A stretch of 64,000 nt of DNA from Balanoglossus misakiensis. Its lineage: Eukaryota; Animalia; Hemichordata. Position 1 is the stretch's first letter; each line of letters opens with the position of its first letter. The notes below the pieces were generated by a model. That model was not told the origin of the DNA, made no database searches, and saw only the letters and a list, made by a program, of their open reading frames with translations. This document shows, in pieces, positions 13,631 to 26,775 of this stretch. The stretch spans positions 19,814,303 through 19,878,302 of the forward strand of contig CM082577.2 of NCBI GenBank assembly GCA_040954595.2, given 5' to 3'. The position numbers and the translations under genes are program-made.

Positions 13631-13753
13631 GATGGTGATTTGGTCAGCAATATACAGACGGCTTTGCTGCAGTTACAAGCAGACATTGAAAAAGTGACAA
13701 ACACATGCTCCCAACTGGTGGATGAAGCTAACAGCAAACAGAAACATATTGAT
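13631..13753 (+). CDS. QRICH2: QRICH2-like exon: DGDLVSNIQTALLQLQADIEKVTNTCSQLVDEANSKQKHID
   Basis: ctacag acceptor, GAT|gtaagt donor, 123 nt; resembles the DUF4795 N-terminal segment of QRICH2 as I recall it (VQSAILQVQGDCEKL...QKQKDI). Confidence 0.9.
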
Positions 13754-13910
13754 GTAAGTACATGTGTAACTACAATTTTTACTTTTCACACTTTTTTTTC
13801 CTATTCTGCTGAAATTTGGGTGGACCATTTTAATCTGTGGCATTAGTCGGCCACTCATTTTTCCATGTGAAAATCAAAGAAAAGATGTTGAAATAAGGGT
13901 AAATACCATT

Positions 13911-14530
13911 ATTATACACCTACTGGTGTAACCTATGGAGCTCCGTAATACAATCATTCGCGGTATCACCGTACAATAATTATTCAAATGAGGACGCGGA
14001 GTCCAATAACACCAGGGTTATTGGACGCATCGTGACTTTGACCTCACATATAGTGATCAATGTAAACAATGATGATATTAACCCTACTCTGACAAAAATT
14101 TATATAAAAAGTACACAGCCGTTATTAAACAAAATTATTGGTGACCCAAGATGCGAAATAAGTCAAAATCCTCGATGAAATTTCAGTCGAAGGAATCTGT
14201 GAACGAACTGGCGAGCGCGTTCATTTCAAGTTCCAGAACGAGCTCAGCGCAAGCAGCGTAGAACGTCGCGCGTGAGACGATGGCAGCTCAACACTAGCAT
14301 CACCTGATGCGCAAGGTGAAGGCGCGTTCGATATGCAAATTACATCATGGCGGCGTCTGAAAACTAGAAAGTCCGATAGCGGCCTATTTATTCTTTATCG
14401 TTCATCAAGGACGTCCAGAAAAGGTGTATCGTACGCTTCGGTATTGTCCTCGACGCTGCGCGTCTCGGACAATACCTGCGCTGCACGATGTACTCGGACA
14501 TAAATCCCGGTATTTTGTGAATAACCTTAT
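13911..14530 (+). repeat. Hairpin-ended repeat family C2 copy 1 (Crypton-like)
   Basis: Near-identical to 54366-55030 (+) and 19111-19635 (-); fragment at 44213-44290. Confidence 0.8.
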
Positions 14531-14540
14531 ATTATTTAAT

Positions 14541-17017
14541 TAAAGCTGCAAGCAGCATTGAAGGGGCCCAAGCATAGAGTTAATAACCATTAGACTCCAT
14601 TCAGGGTTGTACCATTCAAATGCGTAGGCTGTATTTGCTCTCGATGTGGAGATATGGGGAAGTAGGCAACCACCCGAAATGGATGTCCTACAAGCAGGGT
14701 TTTACATCACTTTTTACTTTTGGGAGTCCCTGGGACTCCTAGTGTTGAAAAATGGGGGTCCTACATCAAACCATGGGGGTCCCAATTTATTTCACCAGAA
14801 TATTTTATCATTTTATCAATGCTGGAAATTAGAAAATCCTGTGAATGGGCAACGGTTGTAAGAATCAATACCAATCCAAATCATAAAATGATATTGTCTA
14901 CAAGCTATAGGGAGTAATTCCAAGATCAACTGTAGTATGGCTAGGGGTCCCATCTTGAACATCACCTTATGAGTGACCCTTTGACCTAAAGCATATAATA
15001 TGGAGAATACCAGTACATGTACTCTCAACTTGGTCTTCTTAAAGTCTTATTCGAGAAATTTGCAGCTGAATCTATATTTAAAGTTTAAGTTCAGGGTTTT
15101 CAACAAAACTAAGACTGCTGGTACTCATGGACGGAGTTGGTTTCAGAGCAATAGGAGTCACGGTAGTTCACTGCTTGCACACAGCAACGTGCGATATAGG
15201 CGTGATATCGCAGTGTAACTTATAATTCCCAAGAGGGTGACAGCGTGTGCGTAAACTGTATCAAATTCAACAATAAACCAAGTTTGCTACAAGTTTGCTA
15301 TGAAACTGTTATCAGTATCGATTACAGGTCATAAGGTCATTAACTGTTTAATTGACTCTCTGTGTACGCGTACACCCATTAGATATCAGGAAACGCGCAA
15401 CAAGGGTCTCAACAACAGACATATTTCATGCGTCCCAAGGGACGCATGGTTTAGTTTTTGACGGGTCCCACGCCCAGTTTTGTGCGTAAAGGACGCAGAA
15501 ATGCGCGTCATGTAAAACCCTGCTACAAGTACAAACACAACAACCAAAGGTGAACTTCTACGTTGTAAGTACTTCAGTAAGTACTTCAAAGGTCAGGTGA
15601 GGGTACCCAAAAATTGGGCCAAAAATTTGGATTCCTATTTGGTTCATATTCAAGACAACGCAAAATCCTCGCCCTTTGGGTTTGCCAAATTAGGTATGGC
15701 CATAATAATGAGTTACGCAAGTAAGTTACAGGTGGCCACAGGAATTTAGCATGTCATGACGCAGAGGGTCCTACCCTACCCCTCCAAACACCTGGCTATA
15801 TATGATGTGCATGCTAACATATGGAAAGCAGGTCAATGGACACCTGAGGTCACCCAAAAATTTGATAAAAAAATTTCATTCCTGTTTATGTCATGTGCAA
15901 CAAATCCTACATTTGCAGCCCTTTTCACTTTGCCTACCATTAGGTGTGCACGTAATACATGAATCAAGCAGGTGTCACAGGTATCCCCCTGTATTTGGCA
16001 TTTCATGATAGTTTCATCCCTCCAAATACCAAAGCTGCACCTGTACAACGTGCTGAGATATGGCACTGTACGACAGAGGTCATCCAAATCTCCTTATACA
16101 TTTGGGCAAAAACCAACTGACACTTACATTCGTCCCTGTGGAACAAAAACCACACATATCGCCCTGTTGGTTAGTGTCCAATTAAATGTACAAAATCAAT
16201 GACTTCGCAAGGACCTGTGCAACAGGTGACCCCACCTTGGGTATATCATTATGGTCCCATCCGTATATGCCCCCCCCCCCCCCACGCTAAAGCTGCATGC
16301 ATCTGCTGTGGATGCTCACTAAGCAAAAGTAGGTGAAAGGTCACATAAGGTCGCCTACAACTTGACGGGAAAATCGGACTTCATATTGATCCATGTGCAT
16401 ATTGATCCATGTACAACAAATACTCAGCGTAATTCAATAAAACGCCCTAACACAGCCTGAACTCCGATAATGTGTTGTCCCAAAATTCATTCCGTCAAAA
16501 ATAGTCACTGGTCTGTTTACATATTTCAGCCGATTTTCCAAAGACTACTGCAACCCGCCAGAAGTGAGTACCCTGCTAATGAGACCTCCACAACATTACC
16601 GAATGACAGTCAAAGTCCGATGCCCCAGTGTTCGTCCTCAGCCCACAAAAAAATGCGAAAAATGTTACAAAAATCTTCTTCTCAAAATCGACGTGGCCTA
16701 GGACCTTGATGTTTGGCACAGGGGATTTTGGCCACATGGTCTGCAAAAATCGCGAAAAGAATGTACATGCCCCCATTAACATGCAAATTAGGTCAATTTG
16801 AAAATTTCGCTTGATTATAGCCACCAAGTCACGTGAATAATTACAAATTCAAAGGGCAGGTGCACCATTACTCATGGGCCCCAACCACCGTGCCAAGTTT
16901 CATAAGCGCAGGTGCAGGGGTTTCTGAGAAAAACGTGGCCATAAAAACGACTCAAGAAGAAAGAAGAAAAACTCCAGCAATAACAGAAGGGGCCCAAGCG
17001 CCCTCAGGCGCCTAATT
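14541..17017 (-). mobile_element. Helentron-type non-autonomous element, family B
   Basis: Repeated GAAGGGGCCCAAGC subterminal motif at both ends, terminal hairpins AGCTGCAAGCAGC and GCGCCCTCAGGCGC, (GAA)n tract. Confidence 0.7.
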
Positions 17018-17142
17018 AGTTCATCATGTGTCGCCCATTGAATTTGGCCATATTTGATTTTCAATAAGCTTTCTTGACTTTGAACTTGAGAATTAGAAGT
17101 AACCCTCTATGCGCAGTACATTATTTGGCCAATCTGAATTAA

Positions 17143-17903
17143 GATTTTTTGCCTGTTGCTATGGGTCGTTTTGTGACATTACACCCCGATTTGGACTAAA
17201 CCGTCTAACAAGGGGCTGGTAACTAGTTGAAAATCTGAAAGATTGTGAGCGCGCGCCCCCTGACGCCATTGATATGCAAATTAGCTTGGTCAAATTTCAA
17301 AAGCCTTAGGGTTTTTATTCTGTGACCTCAAAAACGAACTTCATACGTATTCGTTAGTTTGCCCGAACCAAAGAAGATCGTGAAGGATTTTGTTTTAGAA
17401 TATGGTCGTTGTGTCTGTCGATTTCAGCATACCCGTACCACACCTGAAAAAGTCACCGATTATGGGTGTTTTTGGATGCACTCTTCCACCGGTATCGCTT
17501 CTTAGCGTGATGACATCCGTTAAAACGATCCTTCACGCTATGCAGAAGTGTGTTCTCTGTCAAAAGGTCAAATTTGACTGGCGTACGTGGTCTATGAAAA
17601 AAGCCTTAGGGATTTTTGTGAATGTTACAAAATTCTCAGTGTACAAAACATTGGATTTTTAGCGTTCGATCCAGTTACTGTGGTTACAGGACGTGCACGC
17701 TATCGCTGACCGCTGCTTTGCCGTATTAGCATGGTGGCCTATGGCCGGGCGGTAGCTGCCGTAAACATACTCGGACAGGGGGTGTGCACACAATCGTGCG
17801 TATTTTTAACTAGTTACAAGCCCCTTGTCGGACGTTCATAACGGTTTCGATCAAAATTGAGTGTAGTGTCCTATAACGGGCAAAAAGATACGGGTGCCCC
17901 ATC
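17143..17903. mobile_element. TTAA-flanked TIR element (Kolobok-like)
   Basis: TTAA at 17139-17142 and 17904-17907; imperfect ~90-bp TIRs including ACAAGGGGCT(G/T)GTAACTAGTT. Confidence 0.65.
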
Positions 17904-19110
17904 TTAATTCTTGTTGACAAACGACAATGTGCAGTTTTGAATAGACTAAAATGCCATTTCAGAAGTCAGGTGTTGGTATTTCTGAGTACACATAACGTTG
18001 TTCTGGGGCATACAAGTCTTCTTCAGTCATTCAATGTTATCAGCAAAGTTGTAATTGGAAATTGGTTCCAACAACCCCATGGTGTGGAGTGGGAAGGTCG
18101 GTCCTTTGGGATCCCTACTATCAGTGCAGTAGACTGATGCCTGGGACTTGATGCCGCGCCATTGCATCATATGGACGTATATAATTTAGACTTTTAACAA
18201 AAGCAAACATTTTGTAGGATCGTTTTGGGACCAGATGGTCAACGTAGCGTTAATAAGGCAATTCTGATCAGGAATAACAAGACTGCTGACAGTTTTTAGT
18301 GTGAAGAGCAAAATGCTTTTCGAATCCTTTGCAATAAAAAAGCTAGGAACCATCTTCTGTACACGTGAGAGTTTTTAAACATGGACAGACATTTTTTTTT
18401 CTCCTACAATTCTTTTATTACGTGCATGTAACTCGCTCATGTCTACTAATTTTGCAGTAATATGTTCACATACATTATGGTAACTAAGTCAATTTATTGG
18501 GGGGGGGGGGAATTGTAAAGTTGTTGATTATTTCAAATAGGCCTAATTCACAAATTGTTACATTAATGTCTGGTGGTATTTCTTTGTGTAATTGTGTTGA
18601 CATTAACCAGATCACGTCAAGGTCCCACGCAAGTACTTGAATATACCAAATCTAAATTAGTCGGAGCCAATTACTAATTTCCTGATTAAACAATGGATGA
18701 CTGAAGAAGACTTGTATGCTCCACGACGAAAATATGCGTACTCAGAAATACCAACACCTGATTTCTGAAATGGCATTTTAGGCTTATTCATAAATGCACA
18801 TTGTCGTTTGTCAACAAGAATTAAGGTTGGCCGAATAATGTACTGCGCAGAGAGGGTTATTTCTAATTCTCAGATACAATGTTAAAACGGTGAATTCAAC
18901 ATTAAATATTGGTCTAATCTTAATGGGTGAAAACCTGATGAACTATTTGAATAATAATATTTACCCCTATTTCAACATCCTTTTGTTGATTTTCACATGG
19001 AAAAATGGTTGGCCGATTAATGTCACGGATTCATTTGGGTTTTAAATCTATTTCCTCATCTTTCCACCTTCTCAATGAGATTCATAAATCCAATAATCAT
19101 AGTACTATTA

Positions 19111-19635
19111 TTATTATACACCTTTTCTGAACGTTCTTCATGAACGATAAAGAATAAATAGGCCGCTATCGGACTTTCTTGTATTCAGACACCACCATGA
19201 TGTAATTTGCATATCGAACGCGCCTTCACCTTGCGCATCAGGTGATGCTAGTGTTGAGCTGCCATCGTCTCGCGCGCGACGTTCTACGCTGCAGCGATGA
19301 GCTCATTCTGGAACTTGAAATGAACGCGCTCGCCTGTTCGTTCACAGATTCCTTCAACTGAAATTTCAGCGTGGATTTTGACTTATTTCGCATCTTGGGT
19401 CACCAATTATTTTGTTTAATAACGGCTGTGTGCTTTTTATATAAACTTTTGTCAGAGTAGGGTTAATATCCTCATTGTTTACATTGATCACCAGTCCTGT
19501 GAGGTCAAAGTCACAATGCGTCCAGTAACCCTGGTGTTATTGGACTCCGCGTCCTCATTTGAATAATTATTGTACAGTGATACCGCAAATTATTGTATTA
19601 CGGAACTCCATAGGTTACAGCAGTAGGTGTATAAT
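19111..19635 (-). repeat. Family C2 copy 2 (inverted)
   Basis: Reverse complement of 13911-14430. Confidence 0.8.
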
Positions 19636-19787
19636 AATACTGTGTATCAAGGTTTTTTAAGGACCTTTTGAATTTTTCTCTCTATTAAAATCCATGCATT
19701 TAATTTTGTAGTAATACTAGTGTTATTTTTAAAGTTTTTGTTTGGTGTGTGTATTAAATTGTTCTTTTGGTTTAAATTGCTTTGCAG

Positions 19788-19862
19788 GCTTTGTACACTT
19801 TCATTGACAGATTACAAGAAATCAAAGCTGATAAAGAACATGTTACCATGGAAATAGATGTG
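19788..19862 (+). CDS. QRICH2: QRICH2-like exon: ALYTFIDRLQEIKADKEHVTMEIDV
   Basis: tttgcag acceptor, GTG|gtatgt donor, 75 nt; DUF4795 motif KAxxEHxxMEIDV. Confidence 0.92.
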
Positions 19863-20206
19863 GTATGTCAAGTGATTAGATATATTTAAACCTCACAGTC
19901 AGACATATCGTAATTTCAATAAACTACCATACATTGTAAGTAGTGCAAAGTAATGCATTTCAAAGAAAGCAAGTTACTCAAATTAAGTTGACAGGGAGAT
20001 GAGTCTTGCTGAAATGGTCAAAGTGATGTGTAACTCTGTTCTTACAGTACAGTGTATTTACTTTCATGGCTGTTGTATCATGTGACCACTCATTGTGCAG
20101 TCTTTGGATTGTTGACTGTCAGGCTTGGATATGCAAATGACTGGTAGCTGAATAGATTGGAATGTTTTGATTCATGGAAATATTTTTTTTTTCAAAATTC
20201 TCACAG

Positions 20207-20317
20207 AAAGCAGACAAGCGAAGCCTTGAGAACAAAGTCAGTCGTCAGCAGTTTGAAGGTACTGTGAGCGAGATCAGTAAGAACGTTGATGAACTTGTGA
20301 GCCGACTTGGTGGACAT
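20207..20317 (+). CDS. QRICH2: QRICH2-like exon: KADKRSLENKVSRQQFEGTVSEISKNVDELVSRLGGH
   Basis: tcacag acceptor, CAT|gtaagt donor, 111 nt; KADKxxLxxKVSRxQF motif. Confidence 0.93.
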
Positions 20318-20330
20318 GTAAGTCTTCGCT

Positions 20331-21478
20331 CAATCTGATTAAAATCAGATGTAGGGAACGGCGACTTGGTTTTTTTATGCTGTCGCCTCACACTACATCT
20401 GACCAACTCTCAATGGAGATCCCGCTGAACTCTCGCGTTCCGACCCGGCCAATCAGATTGCGTGTTAGTTATGCTGACTAAAGAATTGCACTGGGAGATG
20501 GGAGAAATGTTGTTGTTGACTTCGAGTATCGCACAGAATACGAAAGATTGGCTTTCTCTTGTGAACAATTACATGTAATCCCATGATATCTTTCTTTGTT
20601 TGGCGTCATCGTATACGAGGGGTTTTCGCAGAGCAGTGAAACGTCGAGCTGTAGCCATATACAAATGATGAACTGTCGTTGATCATTTATAAACTCTCCT
20701 AACAAGTCGTCATGTTCGCCCTCGTAGTCATGCTGCCAGTCGGGAAAATGACGTACTTCATGTAAAAGTTTGTAAAAAATAAACCAAATTTCACTGCCAT
20801 GTATCCCAAAACAATTTATGTGACAGATTTTTAAAAAGAACGCTAACTTCGGCTAAGGAATGTCAAGTCATAGCTCCGCGTTCAGGTCTGTGTGTTCCCG
20901 ACGCACCACAGCCCTGCATAAGGCCCCATAGACAAAACTGGTGCGTCTGTGGTCCGGACCCGGACGCCCGACCGCAGTTTTTTCTGTCGAAATTCGATTT
21001 TATCGAAGCAAAATCCTTTCCCTGTCTACTTCAACCGACCCCAAATATGATGCGATTAACTTCTTCTAACGGAAGAAGCAGGGGGGTCTGGGTAACCGAG
21101 ACTATGGTGTTCCCCAGACCCTCTTTCTGGAGTGACCAACGGAAGAAGCAGAGGGCTCTGGGTAACCGACACTAAATCGAAAGCTGCATATGAGGAGAGC
21201 GCTGATTGTTTGACAAGGCGTTCTTTTACAAACGCGCACTAAATGTTATCCAATGGCGCAATGTGTATTATAGGGACAGAGACTTCAACGTGCCGAGACG
21301 ACAGTTCCAGAGTCATTTATTCAATGTTTTTTAACGAATTTGGCTAATTTGTGGCTGTGTGAGAAATAGAATCTCACACACCAAGGACCGACCTGTGATC
21401 ATATTTCTCACACCCGCCGAGGATTTCCAACTCGTGTGAGAAATATGATCCCAGGTTCTTGGGAGTGTGAGATTCTAT
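20331..21478. repeat. Mosaic of MITE fragments filling the intron
   Basis: CAATCTG-MITE half; TAGCTC arm similar to the 61307 element at 20871-21062; repeated GGGTAACCGAGACTA ends; hairpin 21365-21479. Confidence 0.6.
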
Positions 21479-21512
21479 TAGTCTTCATATTATGTCATTG
21501 TATTTCTTGCAG

Positions 21513-21691
21513 CAAGATGCTTTTGATCGGGCCATACATCAAATTGAACTTGATATTGATAACAAACTTGACAGGATGGAATTAGATCCTTTGAAGGAAT
21601 ACTTGGAAAGTCGCATTAAAACAGCAAGTGCCAAAATGGTTAAAACAACACAACCAGCAGAAGATGGTGATGATGTTGCTGGCTTTAGAAG
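21513..21691 (+). CDS. QRICH2: QRICH2-like exon: QDAFDRAIHQIELDIDNKLDRMELDPLKEYLESRIK...DDVAGFR
   Basis: ttcttgcag acceptor, AG|gtaagc donor (ends phase 2); DNKLDRxELDPxK motif. Confidence 0.94.
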
Positions 21692-22186
21692 GTAAGCAAA
21701 TCTTTATAACAACCAGATTTGAAATATTAGTGTCCTCACCGTGATATGAAGGTGTTTCCTGGGACACCAAAGTCTTTCTAGCATGTAAATGTTAACCTCT
21801 GGTTTAGCAAGTTTTCGAAAGCCACTGATCTTCCAGATTTCCCATTCAATCAAAGCTGAATAATTTCAGACTGGATGTTCATATCGATCAACTTCGTCAA
21901 TGACATTTTGAAATTACAGACTTGAGTGGCACTTCAACTTTCAGTAAGATCGGATGATACCATTTGGGTTGAAGGACTGTGGTGAACCTGGGACAAATGG
22001 ACAGCTTGTGTGGTGATTTCTTGCTGTGAAAGAAATTAAGAGCTAGAGAAATCACTGTATGCGATCATACAGAATGAGATAAAATACTAAAAGCGACCAT
22101 TGCTAAGCAATGCTTTAACAATGTTTAATGCTTAAGGATGACACTTGAGATAAGACATGCCGTTGAAATTAATGGGGGAATGTAGG

Positions 22187-22845
22187 TATGACAAGTGGGT
22201 GTCATAGCCCCTCCTACCTCATGATGAAACTCTCCGACTTAGAGTAGCATCATGAAGTAGTGGCGTGGTACCGGAGTATACCCGCCGAGCACAGATGCCC
22301 CACAAGTGGCGTCATGGCAACTAAGACTTCATGGAGGGAGACATGGTCGATATGACTCGCTTCATGCTGTACATGTAGGTCGCTGCTACTTGAGTGGGGA
22401 CAGGTGTGCTCTGGTCGGCGATTCCCCCAAATTAAAGAACGTGGGCGACTTGGCAACGAGGCAAGTGCACACGGGCGGTAAGAGGCGTAGTGAGACGAGA
22501 CAAACGAAGCAAGCGAGCAAACAAACAAATCGGAAATAGGCAGAAGTAGAAAGAGAACGATGCAAAAGTAGGACGCATGAGACAAGAAATGCGACGAAGG
22601 GAAGGTTGGTATGACAAGCGGGCGTCATAGCCCCTCCGACTTAGAGTTAAGCATCATGAGAAGCTAAGGCGCGGTACCCGAGTATACCCGCCGAGCTCAG
22701 CTGCCCCACAAGCGGCGTCATAGCAACCAAGACTTCATGGAGGGAGACATGGTCGATATGACTCTCTCCATGCTGTAGGTCGCTGCTACTCGAGTGGGGA
22801 CAGGTGTGTTCTGGGCGGCAATTCTCCCAAATTAAAAACGTGGTG
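22187..22845 (-). repeat. ~240-bp GC-rich direct repeat pair, possible DIRS/Ngaro split-repeat relic
   Basis: 22187-22445 is similar to 22610-22845; both start with hairpin GTATGAC...GTCATAG. Confidence 0.5.
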
Positions 22846-23571
22846 AGACGATACTAAACTAAGCAAACAAAATTGAAAACTGGCAAAGCAGCGGGTCTAA
22901 AGCAAAAACGAGAGCTGGCAAAACAAGTGAAGTCCCGTGTGGTATGTAAAAAAGTTCAAGGGTCCTAAAGAGAGAGTCTTTGCGCGCTGCTCGTTTCTGC
23001 TGCGTTTCGGTCGTGTGTCGCTTCTCTGCTGCATGGCACCTGTGGAGACTTTGCTTCGTCAAGTTGAGCAGTTGGTAGCAAACTGCTCCCAATTGCTGAC
23101 TAGCCAGGCCGACGCAAAGTAACGCAACCTTGAACATCGTTCCTGGACTAATATTTTAAATATCCTGTCACAATAACGGTTTTAGGATATATGGCAATGG
23201 AACTGTGTTTATTTTTTCATAAAATTTTACATGAAGCGCTTCATTTTTTCTGTCAAACTGCGACTTGCAGCATAACTTTGCGGGTGAACTCGACGCGATG
23301 ACTTGCTAGGACGTTGTGTTGACATGTACACAGCGCGAATCTGATTGGTAGACAAGACGCAAAAGTGTATAAACTTGAAAGTCGATTTCACTTTATGAAT
23401 GAAAGGGATTCCATAATTAGCATATCTCGTGGGGGCCACAGATCGTTGCGCAGGGGAGAGAACGTAATCCCGCTAAATAAACTGCAAGGCCGCTCGAATA
23501 TTTTAGCAAGATATTGGAATATTTTATCCTACCTCTTCTAACGAAAATAAGAAGACTGTTCATGTGATAAA

Positions 23572-23717
23572 TATATAATCCCATGATATCTTTCTTTGTT
23601 TAACGTCATCGTATACTCGTGGTTTGCGCGGAGGCGCGGCTCGAAGTTGCACGGCTCCGCGAAAACCACTCGTATACGATGACGTCAAACAAAGAAAAAT
23701 ATCATGGGAGTATATAT
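23572..23717. repeat. Hairpin end of a Crypton-like repeat
   Basis: ~55-bp arms CCCATGATAT..TTTGTTT.ACGTCATCGTATAC; related sequence at 20577-20635. Confidence 0.6.
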
Positions 23718-24596
23718 AAGATAAGAACGTCACACAGTCTTGCCGATTCTGTAAACGCCCTCAAGTGGTATTGCCAGATTTTGGTAAGTTCTGTCATTAA
23801 ACCTCTGCTTTGAAACAAAATGTCTTGATTGGCCATGTGACTTTCCTAAAAGATGGCTTGACATATTCTGTGCTGGTGTGTAATGCCATCAACATGAGAA
23901 GCCAGGAACACCACATTTGTCAGTTAGGGCGTGGGTAGTCTTGCTCCAAGACTGTGTGAGTGAAATGCGCTTCCGCGTTATGTATAGAATGTCACACAGT
24001 CTTGCCAATTCTGTAAATGCCCTCATGTGGTATTACCAGATTTTGGGAAGTAGCGGAGAACATTCGAACCTCATATGTCTGTCAATCAAATTAGCGTCGT
24101 GTCAACATGATGTACTATATAGAATATGCATTTTGAACGTTATCGTGAGCTCGTGGGCGCTTCTGCACATTCTACATGCGAATTAACCCCGCCCCTCGCC
24201 TTACTTATGCATATATATTCATGTCAAATATATGTGTACAGAAACATATGGTCGCTTTGCCTGGAAGTGTGTCGTTCGCAGTATGAATGGTCCATTCCTT
24301 ATCGACAGACACAGCGACTGCCATAGAGTCTAGGGCTAGGGTGGAACTTTTTTCATATTGCCTGTTTTAGGGGACATCGCCAAAATTAACTTATTATGGT
24401 TATGTACTAGTAAGGGACTTGCGTACAGTAAATACAATAGAGGCAACAACATAAGCCATGCATGACATGGTCAATATCACCAGTTTCTGCTCACTGCTCA
24501 GGCATGACTTTAAGAGTACCTGACATATTACCTGGCTTTAATGTCATTGTTATACATGTAATGATGTAGTGTATATATTTCCTTGAAATATTTCAG

Positions 24597-24659
24597 GCCT
24601 GTTCATCAGAAAGTTCACTGTATTTCGTGTGACAGGCCTGTAGATTTAACAGCACATGG
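24597..24659 (+). CDS. QRICH2: QRICH2-like exon: RPVHQKVHCISCDRPVDLTAHG
   Basis: tttcag acceptor, GG|gtaagt donor, 63 nt phase 2/2; family hallmark HC(I/L)SCDRP. Confidence 0.94.
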
Positions 24660-24789
24660 GTAAGTAACATTCCACTTCTTTCCATTGCTTTTGGATATCA
24701 GATGTCATAAGAAATTCCCAATTTTACATTAATTAGTACAAGCACATGTTAATGCTAACAGTCCACTTTGTTTTGGATCAAATGATATA

Positions 24790-24959
24790 CAGTACTATTA
24801 ACCTGTCTAAACCGAACACCAACGGGACTAAAGAAATTGTTTGGTTTGCAAAGGTGTCCAGTTTATAGATGTGTTTTTAGCATGTGGTTCTATATTTATC
24901 AAAGGGACAGGAAAAAGTGTTCATTCTAGACAGGTTTCCAAATTAAACAGGGTTTACTG
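24790..24959. mobile_element. Tc1/pogo(Tigger)-type MITE
   Basis: TA|CAGT...ACTG|TA termini, imperfect TIR AACCTGTCTAA / TTAAACAGGGTT. Confidence 0.6.
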
Positions 24960-25067
24960 TATCAAAAATGAATTATACACAGCAGGTCACCTCCTATTTA
25001 TTGCAAATGCAAGTGGAAGACAATCAATTTTTGTATGCCCCTAGATGACATATGATTATATTCAAGC

Positions 25068-26050
25068 AATTATCACATACATAGCTCCGCATATTACCAT
25101 AGTATGACGTCAGAAGTAGGGTAATATGGACGAAGTGTTATTGAACCATCCCTCTGACGTCACCAACCGGAACTATTTTAAGCTTGTAAACAAAGCTCCC
25201 TACGGACAGCAAAAACCAGTGCTAGTGCTGATTTTATTTTAAAAAATAAGCAAAGATAAATGAAATGTTTCATATGTATAAATATAGAGGATCGATGATT
25301 AGTTTTACCTGTGTACATTTTTTATCCAACCAACCTGCACCTGCAAAACTGTCGCGAGGTTGGCAGTGCAGAGCCATGAATGTCGCTGCGTCGTCATCGA
25401 CAGAGCGACAGGTACAAAATTGAGAAATTTTGGATAAACCAGCGCAATTCCAAATCCATTAAATCACCAAGTAACGAGGTTACACAATAGAAGTTGTTTG
25501 GAAGCAACAGAGGAAAGTTTTGACGTCAAGCTTTTCATATTTACCACCGGAAACGGGCAGCCAGACAGTGCATGCGAAGGTATTTTATCAAATGAACAAA
25601 CCGAACACATATTGACCGTAGGCCTTTGCCAGATGAGAGTATTCACAAAACAGTCTGATCTGAAAGCAAAAGGCAAAAGAAACTAACACTACGCTAGTGA
25701 AACCTTGACGGACGATGAAATCCAGCTGATGCAGATGGGTCCTCGCAAAAATCTAGAATCGTCCGGTTCGTGACCCGAGTCACCTGACAGTTAAGACCGC
25801 ATAACATGGATCTTTAATTTTTCACGAAATAGTTCCAAATTTTATTGTAACCACAAAGAGTTTTATTTTAAAATAAAAATAAGTGGATCTATGTCTGTGA
25901 TAAAAATATAATTACCCCGTATTCCTCACTTAGGTACCTGCGTCCCGAACTTGTGATTCCCCGTATAGCTGGGAGGGATACGGCTGCTATACGGGGAATC
26001 ACTCGTCCGCGACGCAGGCACACTCATTTGAAATACGGGGGAATTATATA
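25068..26050 (-). repeat. Family C1 copy 2
   Basis: Reverse complement of 7501-8318 with an extra internal segment. Confidence 0.78.
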
Positions 26051-26052
26051 TT

Positions 26053-26476
26053 GAACACCTATTGCCTGGCCATGAGGGCCATGGCGGCCGTTTATTACAC
26101 CCGAGGGGCTGTGAGTTACCAGAATCATATGATAGCATATGATTCTGGTAACTCACAGTCACAAGGGGGTAAAAACGGCTGCTATGGCCCGGATATAGGC
26201 CAGGCTATAGGTGTTTTATAATAAACCTCATGCTAACAGCTGGGAAAATCTTGCAATTTTCTCTTGAGATTGGCAGACGACATCTTCCCCGGTGGCCATT
26301 GTGTCAGACGACGCGACGCTGATTGACGTGACCGAGTCTGCGCACTCACGCTGGTCACGTGAACGGTTTATATTTTTTCTGCTATTTCCCTGTAGGGTTC
26401 ATAGTCGATTCTATTTTCCTATCACGTGACGGATTCTGGCGAATCACGGCACAGTATTAGCATGAGGTATATTATA
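26053..26476. repeat. Hairpin-ended repeat (Crypton-like)
   Basis: IR ACACCTAT.GCCTGGCC/GGCCAGGCTATAGGTGT and ACCTCATGCTAA/TTAGCATGAGGT. Confidence 0.55.
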
Positions 26477-26550
26477 AAAGAACCTATTGACCTTGCCCTG
26501 TTTCCAACTCTGTGCTTGATATACTGCATTCCCTGTATTGTCCACTACAG

Positions 26551-26652
26551 CCCTGTACCATCTCTACCAGAATCTAAGCCATTACCAGGTACACGCTCTG
26601 GTCGTCCATACACGACCTTTGAACTTGAACAAATCCGTGCTCATCAAAAGAG
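26551..26652 (+). CDS. QRICH2: QRICH2-like exon: PVPSLPESKPLPGTRSGRPYTTFELEQIRAHQK
   Basis: ctacag acceptor, AG|gtaagc donor, 102 nt phase 2/2; RPYTxFELEQxR motif. Confidence 0.94.
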
Positions 26653-26775
26653 GTAAGCCACGTGATATGATATTTAAATTAGTTGTGTGAACTCTTTAAC
26701 TTTAGTTATATCTATACCAAGACTATGTTACATTGTTATAGGATGTTCATTTTTTAATTTGTTCACATTACAACA

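Larger units (their letters stand above)
13830..19033. mobile_element. Foldback/long-TIR element whose left arm is split by three nested insertions
   Basis: Segments 13830-13910, 17016-17142 and 17908-17995 together are the reverse complement of about 18733-19033. Confidence 0.75.
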
